DNA from: Paramecium tetraurelia
Lineage: Eukaryota
Assembly: GCA_000165425.1 (NCBI GenBank)
Contig: CT868655.1
Location: forward strand, 1 to 64,000
Reading direction: 5' to 3'
Length of the DNA stretch: 64,000 nt
This document shows positions 52,574 through 64,000 of this stretch, one piece after another. Every line of letters starts with the position of its first letter. The stretch's first letter is position 1. A program made the position numbers and the translations under genes. The notes beneath the pieces were generated by a model that was not told the origin of the DNA, made no database searches, and saw nothing but the letters and a program-made list of their open reading frames with translations.

Positions 52574-55500
52574 TCATCTAACTAAGTTTAACAATTAAAT
52601 TGGCAAAAACTAAGAAAATTCTAAGTAATTAGTAAATTTAGATATTTTATCAATCGTTTCTGCTTATTTGATTGATTTTTGAAGCTGCTACTGTATTGTG
52701 CATTCAATTACTGATAATAAGTAATTTCTTTTTAATTCAATTTACTTTTCCAAATCTTCTAATTTTTCTTATAAATTCTCTATCTAAAATGCTTAAGCCC
52801 CGTTCTCAATCACTACTTTCCTAAAAAAATCTACTTGGCTCTCTATGTATTCATAATCATCCTTTTATAAATTCAAAAGTTCTAAATCCTCTGTAGAGAT
52901 TTAATTAGAATTCAATGCTTTAGCTTCCATCAATCTCTAATGAAATCTGCTCATATGATAAAATTTACTCATTATAATTAACGTTAATTATTGTTAATAT
53001 CCTTATGAATTAAAACCCATTTATTTTCCTTTCAATATCACATCCAACTAAATCAGCTCTAATTGGCTTCTTAATTTTTAGTATTCCATTCTCTTTTCAT
53101 CTCTGCTCTTATTTATATTCTGAGTTTAAATTATTTCAAACTGCTTTTAGATTAAAATTAATTGTTATTAAGTTTACAAAAACAATCTCTCTTAATCTTA
53201 CTATAAATCAATACTAGCCTTCACTTCTTTGAAAAAACCGAAAAATTATAAGAATCGTTTTATGTTTTCTTCAAACTTATCATTAATCTTCCTTACAATA
53301 TTTTTTATTTTATGATTCCTATACTTAAATTGAATGATTAATTCCTAATTCTCTTAACATAAAATTTCAATCTTCCTTGAAAGTAATAATTATTCTTAAA
53401 ATGCAGTTTCCAAACTACTAAATTTTTGTTGAATATTTAATATTTCAAATTCCAGTTCACATTTCACATTATGATATTATTTTATTAAAATAGTAAGCTC
53501 GAAGTCTAATATCTCTTATTCCTACAAATCGTCTCGCTTATCAATATTGTTTTTAAATAGCTCATCAAACACTTTCAATTATTAATTAATTGAAATCTAT
53601 ATGATGTTTTTTTCTTCTTCTATCTTCTTAGATATTGATTTACAGTATTACTTATTAGTCTAAATTTATTATAGAAGTTCTTCTATTATAGAAAATCTGT
53701 AAAATTGTTTCTAGACTATCAATTCTATTCCATTTTCTATTTGTATTAACTCTTAATCACTAATAAAATTCTTATTCTTTGAGAGCTATATCAAGAATTA
53801 TTTTATGGATTAAAATTAAGATGTAAATTCTTATTTTAATTCTTTCAACTATTACTAATTCTTCAAGCATAATTTATTTGCTAGATTTGATCTTTACATA
53901 TTATCAACCTATTCAAATTAGTGTAGTTCATAATTTTTTTCTTCTAGAATTTCATTCAGAGATCCAATTCTACATTCCAATTCCTGATATGATTAAATTG
54001 TACTTAATATATCAATCGACTTTCTATTTTATTTAAAAATTAAATGAGGAATCTCATTAATTAAATTCTGAATTATGTTTTTGAGAAATTACTGTTTCTC
54101 TAAAATAATTGTTACGAATGAGGCTTAATCAGATTCATCCTAATTTGCAATCATCATCAAATATTTAACATTAATATGTTAGAATTATTGTTAAATTCTT
54201 TTTACATTTTATTCTAATAATGCTTTGATTTTCATCAACTCAGTTATCAATGATTTCTTATAGGCCTAATACTCAGCCTTAATATTTTAGCTAACCTAAT
54301 TTTGTTTATTAAGGGATTAGTTAAATTATAAAATAGAGGGAACATCATTAGAAAGTTTAACATGAATTTATTACTCAATATTTTATATTAGCATCTTATT
54401 CTAATGTTATAATTTTGAATACAAATTGATTTATAATGATCCATATTACCCTATATATTAGGTTGGCTAATAAAGTGTATTCAATTTCAATTCTAGTGTT
54501 TTATGCTTCATCATCAAGTTATCGCAGAGGACTTGTCTTAAATTAAAATAAAATTAATAAGACAAACTATTTAATTCAACTAATTATTAGTTAAATAACT
54601 CTTCGACTTTACTTGAAACAATACCAAAACTGAAATTATCTTAGATGGATTTTTGAAATTCAGTATTTATTTTATTTAAATATTGATACTCTTAATATAT
54701 ATCTTAATTATGTTCCATATCCTTTGTATGATGATAAAGATAATTCAATTAACTTTAAATCTATTATTACTAAAGAGAAAATTAACATATAATTTCTGTT
54801 TATTAATTGGATTGTTGAGTACCAATATAAAATTGATCTTTCTTCAGTAATTTTAAGAACTGCTCTATTGTGAGCTCTTAAGCAAATGCAGGATTAAGAA
54901 AATTAATAATCTCTTATTTTTGCCATTCATAAAGTGGAGAGTGTGTTATAATATGAAATCTTTAGTCTTCTGTAATTTGATTAAATACTATAAATTATCA
55001 CAATAATTTTACAACGAGAATCAATATCAGTCAATATTTGAAAATATAAGTTTCCAAAATTTCTAATTTATTATATGTTAAGCTGGCCTTGATTAATCTA
55101 AACATCTATTTGACCAATTATATCATTATCTCTAAATAATCTAAAGTCAATTCCTTATATTTAGATATTTCCTAAATGATCCTATAAAAATAAATACAGA
55201 TCATAGGTTTTCTATTTGATATTTTTTCTGCAATACTAGTTTTCTACATTGATAAATACCTTGTAAAATATTTTATGTTTCTATTAAAGTGGTAGGGTTT
55301 TGAACTCTTATTTTTGAAAATATTCTTGCCAAAAAATTAATTAATTTCCACACATTTAGATGAGACAGTCATTTTTTGTCTTTAAAAAAGTAAATTACAA
55401 CTTTTCCTTATAATATTCATAATGGACTTAATCGTAAACCAATAGTTGACCTTATAGTGAAACATTTTAATTGATTTCAATTATTAAAACATTTTATTCT

Positions 55501-55619
55501 AAAGGTCTCTAAATACCAGAATAAGTTTTGATGTTTCCTCTTTCGTTTTGTTTTTCTAATATTTCAATTTGCTATCCATTTAATAGAAAGACTTAACTTC
55601 TATTTAGAGGAACTTACAT
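52574..55619 (-). CDS. Large Q/E-rich coiled-coil protein, possibly with a highly degenerate kinase-like N-terminus
   Basis: Long open frame in the ciliate code to TGA at 52574-52576. N-terminus MQVPLNRSQVFLLNGQQIEILEK…QEFKTLPLQQKHKIFYK loosely parallels the neighbouring kinase. The start and introns are uncertain. Confidence 0.55.
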
Positions 55620-55711
55620 TTAGAAAGAAATTTATATAATAAATTATATAATAGATTATTCTTTTTCTATTAAGAATATTTTAACATTCATGCCATTGAA
55701 TATTTATTTTT

Positions 55712-56191
55712 TAATTCTACAATAATTCGCCAAGAAATTATTAATTAAAATATGTAATAAATTGATTAAATNNNNNNNNNNNNNNNNNNNNNNNNNNNNN
55801 NNNNNNNNNNNNNNNNNNNNNNNNNNNNNNNNNNNNNNNNNNNNNNNNNNNNNNNNNNNNNNNNNNNNNNNNNNNNNNNNNNNNNNNNNNNNNNNNNNNN
55901 NNNNNNNNNNNNNNNNNNNNNTACTTTACGTTTTTGTTTTTTACTGTTGTTTTACGGTTTTGACTTTACCTTTTTCTTTTGTTTAGAACTTTTACTTATT
56001 TTTTTGGTGGGTACTTAACTTTTTAGAACAGAACACTTATTTAACTACACTTCTCTTCTTAAGCTTATTACTTTTTACTTTTTCAGTTTATTTTTACACA
56101 TTACTTGACACATTGTATTTTTTTTTTTTAATAATTCTACAATAATTCGCCAAGAAATTATTAATTAAAATATGTAATAAATTGATTAAAT
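55712..56191. other. Assembly gap (150 N) with duplicated 60-nt flank and low-quality T-rich read end
   Basis: TAATTCTACAATAATTCGCCAAGAAATTATTAATTAAAATATGTAATAAATTGATTAAAT is present at 55712-55771 and again at 56132-56191. Confidence 0.85.
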
Positions 56192-59100
56192 AACTTTATA
56201 GGGATATGAGATAGAAAAATATGGGTAATATTTAAGCAGTGATTAATTTAAAGTATATGGAGCGAAAATAGTTTCAACAGGAGAATTAGTAGCTTTAAAA
56301 GAATAATCTCAAATTACAATGTTAGAAGAGAATTTATTAAGACTTCAATAATTAATAAAATAATAACATATTATTGAAATCAAAATTTTTGAAATAAGAA
56401 ATTCAAAAGTGTTTGTAATTATCGAGAAGGTGAAAAAATTATTTAAGGATTATATTTTAGAAAATGAATTCAAATAAAAATAATAAATTGAAAAATGTCT
56501 TTTATTCCTTTAGGTATTTTTTTTGTATTTCTTTAGATAGTTTAAGCTATTAAAGAATTTCATAGATTTGGTATATTTCATAGAAATTTAAAGCCTATCA
56601 ATTTTGTAGTTTGTGAAGATCCAAACAAATCCATTACGGTTAAACTTCTAGACTTTGGACTAATCTAATTTATAACAGGCGATGATTAAAATGACTTACT
56701 TTAATAAGGATCGATTGAATACTTAGCTCCTGAAATTCTAGAACTCGAATAATATTATGACAAGTCAGTCGATGTGTGGTCTCTTGGAGTGATTTGGTAT
56801 TAGATGCTAACAGGATTTGTTCTGTTTCAAACCAACAGAAATTAACTGACTTAAGAACTCATTAATTAATCGATTGAGCAAAATGGATAATAAATAGATA
56901 TGAATATCAAAAATTTCATTAAATAGATGTTGGTAATCAAAAGTTAGGAAAGAATTTCTCTTGAGGTATTAGTTAGCTAGTTGCAAGAAGTTATTCAAAA
57001 CAAATAAAGTGTTATGCCGTAGAACCAAGACTTAGAATAGGTCGATTAATTAAACCATTTCAAAAATAATCTAAAAGAATAACTTGATAACTAATTTAAT
57101 GAAAAATTGGAATAGGCTATCCAAAGAAAAGAAAATTATATGAAAAAAGTAAAGATTGAGATTATAGAAGATGAAATCTATTAAACCTCAAACCATCTTT
57201 TAAATTTTTAGTAGCAGGAAATAAATAATTATTAATTGCATGCTACATCAGAACGTTTCCCTTAGTAGAGTCTGTTAGACAAATGGTAAAGCAGAGATTA
57301 GTAATTTATGTAATTCCAAGAAAAATATGATGCTTAAATCAGACAAATGATGTAAAAATAAGAGGAGAATATAGTAAAACGTTGGAATGAAAAGTCTGAT
57401 TAAATTAATAGAGATATCAAATTATAAGTTAAGTAGCAACTTTTATTAGATTATAATTTATAAATGTCTATTAAGGAAAATTAAATTAGAGGAGAATAAG
57501 TTCCAGTTCCTGATGGCTTAATAATAATATAGAACAATAATAAATAATTAGATTTATTGACCAAATATTTAGATAATTCATGCATTAAAATATAAAAAAC
57601 AGAGAAATATGATCGAATCAGAGAAAAACTAAATTAAATCCAATAATAATTAGATGTAAGTCGAGATACACCTTCATATTAAATAGCTGAAAGAAATAGG
57701 AATTTTTAAAAAGAATTGATTAATATCAAAATTGAGATTGATTCAATTGAAAAAGAAATTGAATTGGAATATTTAGCAAATAAATTATAAAGAGACAAAT
57801 TGAATTTATAAAATAAAAGTTAAAACTTATTTCGAACATATAAAGGGATAGTAGATACTTAAATATTAAAATTGCAATAATTATCTAATTCTAGTACAGA
57901 AACCAATTATAATATTTATTTTAATGATAAAATTGAAAAATTAGGTAGGTAGAAATAAAATTTAGAGGAAAGATTACAATCTCTACTTTAAAATTTTTAA
58001 AATTAATAAATTGAAACTCTACTTCCATCATTTCAAAAGCTTAAACTATTTAATGAAAACCTTAATAATATCATAAGTTAAGAGGAATAGTCAACTTTAT
58101 AACTAAACTCATAATAAATGGTTTATTAATCCCAAAGTTTACCTATTCTGTAGTAAGAAATTTAAGATAAAATAAATTAATAGTTAGACTTATTAGATTC
58201 CATTCATTCATAATTATAATCAACTTAAATTTGTTGTACAAATATCAATATTATCAGAAATTAATAAGAGAGTAAAAGTGAATTGCTTTAAACATTATAA
58301 TTGTAAAATTAAGAATTGCTGGAATGTTAAAAAAAGTTGCAAGAAAATAATCTCGTAATCGAGGAAAATAGAGAAAGATTTAGTTAATAAAAATATTTCA
58401 ATAGTTTATAAATCTTTTCTGAAACTAACTACGAAGAACTTACTTTTAAACTTAAGGAAATTATTAATTTACTCGAGTTAGTAAAGGACAGGTTTCGATA
58501 TTTTGAAGACATCACATTTTATGAGGATATTATTGATAAATGGAATAAGATTAAATCTTATGAATAAAACTTAAAAAATATGATCTAAGAAACAACAGAA
58601 TCGATGTAAAGTTACAACAATCATTAACTAGAAGCATAAATAGATAGAATGGGAGTTTTAATAATTTAGATTAAATAAGGACTTCAAACTATACCAACCT
58701 TGATCTAATTTTAAAGATTTAATCAAGAATATGAATAGAATGAAAATAATTACTTAGAACTCTTCACTTTGATTATTTACATAAAACAATATCATTGCTT
58801 TAGATATATAAATAGATTGTTGTCTCTATAAAATAAAACCTTATCCAGAAAATAGAATTAGACCTTAAGTAAAGCTTAAATTATTTAATAGAATAATTTA
58901 ATGTAAGAAATTCGCGAATATAATCAAAAAAGAACTAGAGTTCACAATTTGATGCAAGAATATTTAACATGCTTAAAAAGATAAAGAGAACACTTTACAA
59001 TTCAATAACATTAAGAGAATAATGCATTTATAAGCAATTTGAATTAAGAATTAGAAAACAAGATTAAATAAAAAATAACAGTAAAGTTACGTAGCAGAAT

Positions 59101-59218
59101 CAATGATTAAGCTCTCGTAAATGCAATTGTTAATAAAATCCAACTCTTTGAATTTTCTCCACTACTCTTATATCAATAAATGGCAACATCATTTGTGATT
59201 TAGTGTTAGCAAGACTGA
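56172..59218 (+). CDS. Predicted pseudokinase (HRN) with long Q/E-rich coiled-coil tail
   Basis: VALKE, FHRNLKPINF (56576-56605), LDFG, YLAPE, VDVWSLG; no Gly-rich loop; about 700-aa tail. Confidence 0.8.
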
Positions 59219-59276
59219 TAATATATTACTTTAATTCAAATTAAATTGTAAACTATAATCAAATATTTAATCAAGA

Positions 59277-61004
59277 TCAATTTAAATTGAGAGTGCTACT
59301 TGTACTTTTAGTTAGCTTCAATTGTATCTTGGTATTTTAGTCATAGTTATATCCAATAAATAAATCTACAATAGAGTAATCTTTTACTTTAGATGGAATT
59401 CTTCTTTAACAATAACTTATTCTCAATTAAATCATCCTAAGATTCCGTGTCTATGCTTATGTTATATTCTAAGTTTTCCTATATAGGCTAATTTGAATAT
59501 AATTAATTACTGAGGGAATAAATGGAGATTAGATTTCTTTGTTTAAGAGTTTATTCCATTGAACCCCTTAGAGCCAAATATGTTTCTTAATTTCATCAGG
59601 CCCATTAAAGCCTAATCTTTTGGTTTATTTTCTCTAAATTAGTTTATTAATGAAATCAGCTGCTTCAAGAGACCAATCGTTAGGAATTTAAGTTCTTTTT
59701 ACTTAAACCTATTTTGATATGATTTGATCTTTAATTTCCTATCTTGATATTCCATTGTATGGTCGATAACCTAACATAAATTCATAAGTCATAACTCCCA
59801 AAGCGAAATAATCAACAGCAATAGTATGATTTTATCTGCACATAACTTCAGGAGCTAAGAATAGGATGAAATTAAGAAATACCCATATAGCCTGGTGTTC
59901 CACTATTATCAGATGAGTTTTCAGGTCTCCATATTCTAGCAATGCCTAGATCAGTTAATCTTGCATAACCTTTCGAATCTAAAACGATATTTTCAGGTTT
60001 AACATCTCTATGAATAACATTTTAATTGTGTAGATATTCCAGGGCCAGTATAACACAAGAAACAAAAAATTTGGTTTATAGTTCATTAAATCTTCTTTAT
60101 CTACCTAAGTGTTATCTCAAGTCACCACCAGTCAATAGATCCATTACTAAATACAGGTTTTCTCTATCTTAGAATGAGTAGACCATATTAATTAGGAATG
60201 GATGTTTGAATTATGTCAACAGATTGCGTTCATTTAGAACAGAATTCACACTTCTTTTAGCAATAATTTTAGCCTTTGACATTTCTTTCATTGCATAGAG
60301 AGTTCTATTCTTCTTTAATTCAACTTTCCATACTTTACCAAAGCCTCCCTTGCCTATGATAAAATGGTAAGCAAAATTAGATTTATTGACACAAACTTAA
60401 GTGTCAACTTTTAGTTCTTCGTCATTTTCATAATCATCCTATTATTATTTTTTAATTGTTGTTTTTTATAATTATTATGTTGATCCATACTTAAGTAGTA
60501 ATTGTTAAAAGATGTTTTCAAAATTTTTCAAGTTTTATTTACTAATATTTGATTAAGGCACTTGAAGAGCCTAAGCAATATCATTCATGTTAATATTAAT
60601 CAATTATTTTTGTTTCAATGTCTTTTCTGATGATAACTTATTCCAATTCAAGTAAAATTCATTTGCTAAATTCTTTTTTATTGGCAGTCCCTATTGTTTT
60701 GGGGATTTTTAAATAGATATTAACATGGGACTTTTCGATCTGGATCGAAAACTATCTATACTTAAGAAACAAGGGGTTTTTTGCATCTATGCTTCGTCGT
60801 TGAAATTGATGGAGTTACTAAAATTATGAATTCATATTACAATAGAGTTCTGTCTTGAGAGTTATGTTTTATTGGATTTTGAATCAACTTATGATTAGTA
60901 AGAGGGGATTTACTATTATGAAATCTATCAGATGGAAAATTGCAATTTATTTGCTGATTCTTGGGAGAAAGTCTCTCTTATAGATTTCGAAAATGGTTAT
61001 ACAT
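59277..61004 (-). CDS. AGC-family Ser/Thr kinase
   Basis: [74 protein letters not shown]. Confidence 0.88.
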
Positions 61005-61158
61005 TATTAATAATTTTAATACTGCTTATTTAGAACTGATTCTTTTATTAAATTTATTATAATATCCATGTGGATGCACTTACGGCTTTACATATTGATA
61101 ATTATATTAAAATTATTAAAAAAAGGTAAGTATATATTTATTAAAATAAATAATGCAA

Positions 61159-62175
61159 TCAATAAATAGGAAGTGCTTATTTGAAAAGTTATTATGCATA
61201 ATAATAACCCGTAAATTAGGCAGAACATCCTATTAAATAATAAATAAGACAACTTTGGATTCCATTAAAGAAACCTAATTATATATATAATATAAATTAC
61301 CCATGATTCCGTTTTTTTGTAAAATGTGTGTAGTACACATAATTACACCTCCATCCAGCAAAACAGGTCTGAATTTTCGTTGAGATTTATACAAAGCTGC
61401 CTCACATTATAGTTAAGTTTTAACTACATCAAGAGGATACGATGCAAGACAACATGCTATTCCACTCAACCCTCCGCATACAAGAGCCTAACAAAAACTG
61501 ATATCATCTGAGTGATTCCTTTGCTTGAATAGATATTTTGTATATTCATAAGTAGTGAAGAAAGCTAAAATCTTAGAGTGTTATCAATACCTGCATTCTA
61601 AGGGACATCTCTAATTATGGTAGCCACTAATCCTTTGAACAATCCTCTGACGCCCTCTCTCTACAATAATGTCATTACACATCTTAATGGAGACCTCAAT
61701 TCATGATCAATATTTTTTATTTGCATTTGAAGTAAGCATTTAATCATCTCGGCCGGACACACTACCATAGCATAAGCTACACCACTGACACCACCAGCAA
61801 TTAGCCCTAGATTAGATGTAATATCTTACAAGGCAAAAATTATGCTTAATTACTGTAAGGATAAGGACAGAGCTCACGATATACTGCTTCATAGACTGCA
61901 AACATTACTGCATTACACGGTACTTCAGCAAGTATTGGAGATAACATTCCTTTATAATAAGCTTTAAACTAAACTCAAATAATTCATTACTCCTTCTTTT
62001 TTGTAGATGTTTAAACCCGTTCTAAAAATTGACTTTTTTTTGTTTCCCATTATCATTCGCACCTTTATCGTGCTGAAATATATAAGATATTTTACTCAAA
62101 AGGATGTCCAAAAAGTCTAAAACACACTCCTGCAAATGCTCCACTGAGAACATCGGAAATTGATTGCTCTGCCAT
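61159..62175 (-). CDS. Mitochondrial carrier (SLC25; carnitine/ornithine-carrier-like)
   Basis: Three PxD/ExxK motifs: HPFDTIKVRM, CPAEMIKCLLQ, YPLDVVKTQLQ. Confidence 0.9.
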
Positions 62176-62412
62176 GCTTATTACGTTTTCTTGTTTTGAA
62201 AGTTAAAATTATTAAATTTGATTTGAGTTTTTTGCAATCTTTATTGTCCAATAATGGGTAATAAAATTTTACTATAAATCTTTTAATTCGCAATATTGAT
62301 AAATAATTATTATAAAAATTATTATAAATCAACTTTGAAGCATTAAAGAAATTAACCCATCATTCATAGAATCTCATTTACATCGATATAATATAAAATT
62401 ATTTAATTAAAA

Positions 62413-63564
62413 ATGCTCAATCAAAATAATGTTCATAGTGATCGATTGATTCAAGTATTTTCCTGTGACATGCTTGATGGAAGTATCCAGTAAGATAGAT
62501 GGAAAAAGGGAAAGCTCTTCATTATGGAAAAATCATTACATTTCTCATCTCTCTTTAATTATTCTACAACCTCATTTGGATTCAATCAATAAATCACTAA
62601 ATTACAATGTACATACTTCTACCTATCTAAGATTCATAAATCAAAGAATTTGATGAAAATGACGAAAATGATACCTTGATAATTACTACACACAAATAAA
62701 ATTAACTATATTTTAGAAATTTCTATGCACAAAGACCATAAATTATGGAAATTTTGAGGACCATTAATTTAAAAAATGAAGATTTTGAACCCATCCTTGA
62801 AAATGATTCATTTGATTGGGATACCTATAATAATTTAAGTTAACAAATCCTTCCTTAATTATTAAAGCTCAAAGATGGGAATTAATACAATCCACCTACT
62901 ACTTTCGAAATTGAAGGGTTAGATATTCATGAAGTCTTTGCATTACTCTATGATGATATCCCCTATTAACCAAGTTAATATTTCAACCTTGCAATAAAAG
63001 AAGTCGATAAAACAAAATAATATTAAAATGTTCTTCATTTCTTTTTTGAATAAATTCTTGGAGATTAACAAATAAAATGTGATCCTTATGTTCCATAAGT
63101 ACCTGAATACTTGAGAACAGGCAATTAATCCAAAGGGCCTAGTCATTAATAATAATAAATTGAAAACTTACCCACTAGAACTATTAATTATGTACATCCT
63201 ACAAAATTACCATTCTTTGGTACTATTAATCCTAAGGTAAAAATGATTCAAAGATTGTTCTTGATTAATTAAAATGAATTTATTGTTTAAGTCTAATCAG
63301 AAACCTCAGGATTACCAAAGAGTGATTGCTATAAAATGATGTCGCATGAAAAAGCTATTAGAATTGGTCATAAAAAATTGTATATATGTTATTTAATTCA
63401 CTCATAGTCGTATTGAATGTACTTTCACTATTGAATGGTCATAAAGAATTATTTTTGTTTCTAATTAAGTTGATAATGCAGGTGCAATTGAATCAAAAAG
63501 AGTTCTTGAAACATACTACATACCATATGCTAGAGCAAGATTAGCAGAATCATTAAAATTAAAA

Positions 63565-63626
<62 letters not shown>

Positions 63627-63957
63627 GTAAGATTAATTAAATTCAAGTCAAATTATTGCTGATTAACCTTCGATGGTTCATGTAAGAAGATAAGTTAAAA
63701 GTGAAAGTTAGATTTTCTAATAAAAATTTTAAATTAGTCCTCAAAAAAATTAATATCAAAATTATGAAAGAATTTAAGAATTAGATTCAAAATAATAAAA
63801 ATTAGAAAACTAAGTCAAACAATTATAATTATAACTTGTCTTGCAAGAAAAATAAATCAAAAAATTAAGTGATGAGTAACAAGCTTTAATATTGATCAGT
63901 AGAACATTAGGGATAGTCATATTATTTATTCTTTTAACTAATTGGCTAATGAAATGA
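62413..63957 (+). CDS. GRAM + VASt (StART-like, Aster/Lam-type) membrane-contact-site protein with C-terminal TM
   Basis: FSC…KGKLFIMEKSLHFSS (GRAM-like); HPTKLPFFG…SETSGLPKSDCYKM…FTIEWSQRIIFVSNQVD (VASt-like); hydrophobic C-terminus. Confidence 0.65.
63568..63630 (+). repeat. (TAA)n microsatellite encoding poly-Gln
   Basis: About 19 perfect TAA triplets in frame within the GRAM/VASt ORF. Confidence 0.9.
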
Positions 63958-64000
63958 TATAGAGTATTTTTTTAATTTCTTATATTTCATTTTATAAAGT

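Noticed and set aside
55712..56191. 60-nt direct repeat around an insertion (possible IES, or transposon with target duplication)
   Set aside because: It flanks an N gap, and the intervening T-rich sequence resembles a degraded read of the preceding flank. This is an unmerged contig overlap.
61004..61161. Possible fusion of the mitochondrial carrier with the downstream AGC kinase
   Set aside because: The carrier frame terminates at TGA 61159-61161.
1..64000. Apparent pervasive pseudogenisation from frequent TAA/TAG; also searched for rRNA, tRNA and telomeric repeats
   Set aside because: TAA/TAG encode Gln in this code. I saw no RNA genes or G3T3/G4T2 telomere tracts by eye.

Overview
This is very AT-rich eukaryotic DNA from a ciliate, almost certainly a Paramecium macronuclear assembly. 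TAA/TAG read as Gln, TGA is the only stop, introns are about 20-30 nt GT..AG, and intergenic gaps are often under 100 nt. The supplied standard-code ORF track is therefore mostly fragments or wrong-strand shadows. I re-read all genes by eye with the ciliate code, so exon boundaries are approximate. The window has two parts. (1) Positions 1-19.5 kb look accessory. They hold two decayed, intronless, GC-richer paralogues with a C-terminal CxxC-x11-HxC finger facing each other (probable mobile-element ORF fossils). They also hold three genes sharing one N-terminal Cys/His zinc module fused to TPR or WD40 repeats, with TPRs encoded on exact 102-nt exons. A WD40 pseudogene, an AIG1/GIMAP-like GTPase and a full-length V-ATPase A paralogue with a destroyed P-loop complete this block. 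(2) Positions 20-64 kb are a dense, mostly housekeeping block: a K+/cNMP channel, IFT88, Sec24, AcpS, an Aurora-like kinase, a Nup98 paralogue with GLGT instead of GLFG repeats, Vps52, other kinases and pseudokinases, and cNMP-binding, CCT, HYLS1-like, LITAF, STIL-like, acatalytic carbonic-anhydrase-like, Alba, SLC25 carrier and GRAM/VASt proteins. Both N gaps are flanked by duplicated low-quality sequence and look like assembly artefacts.
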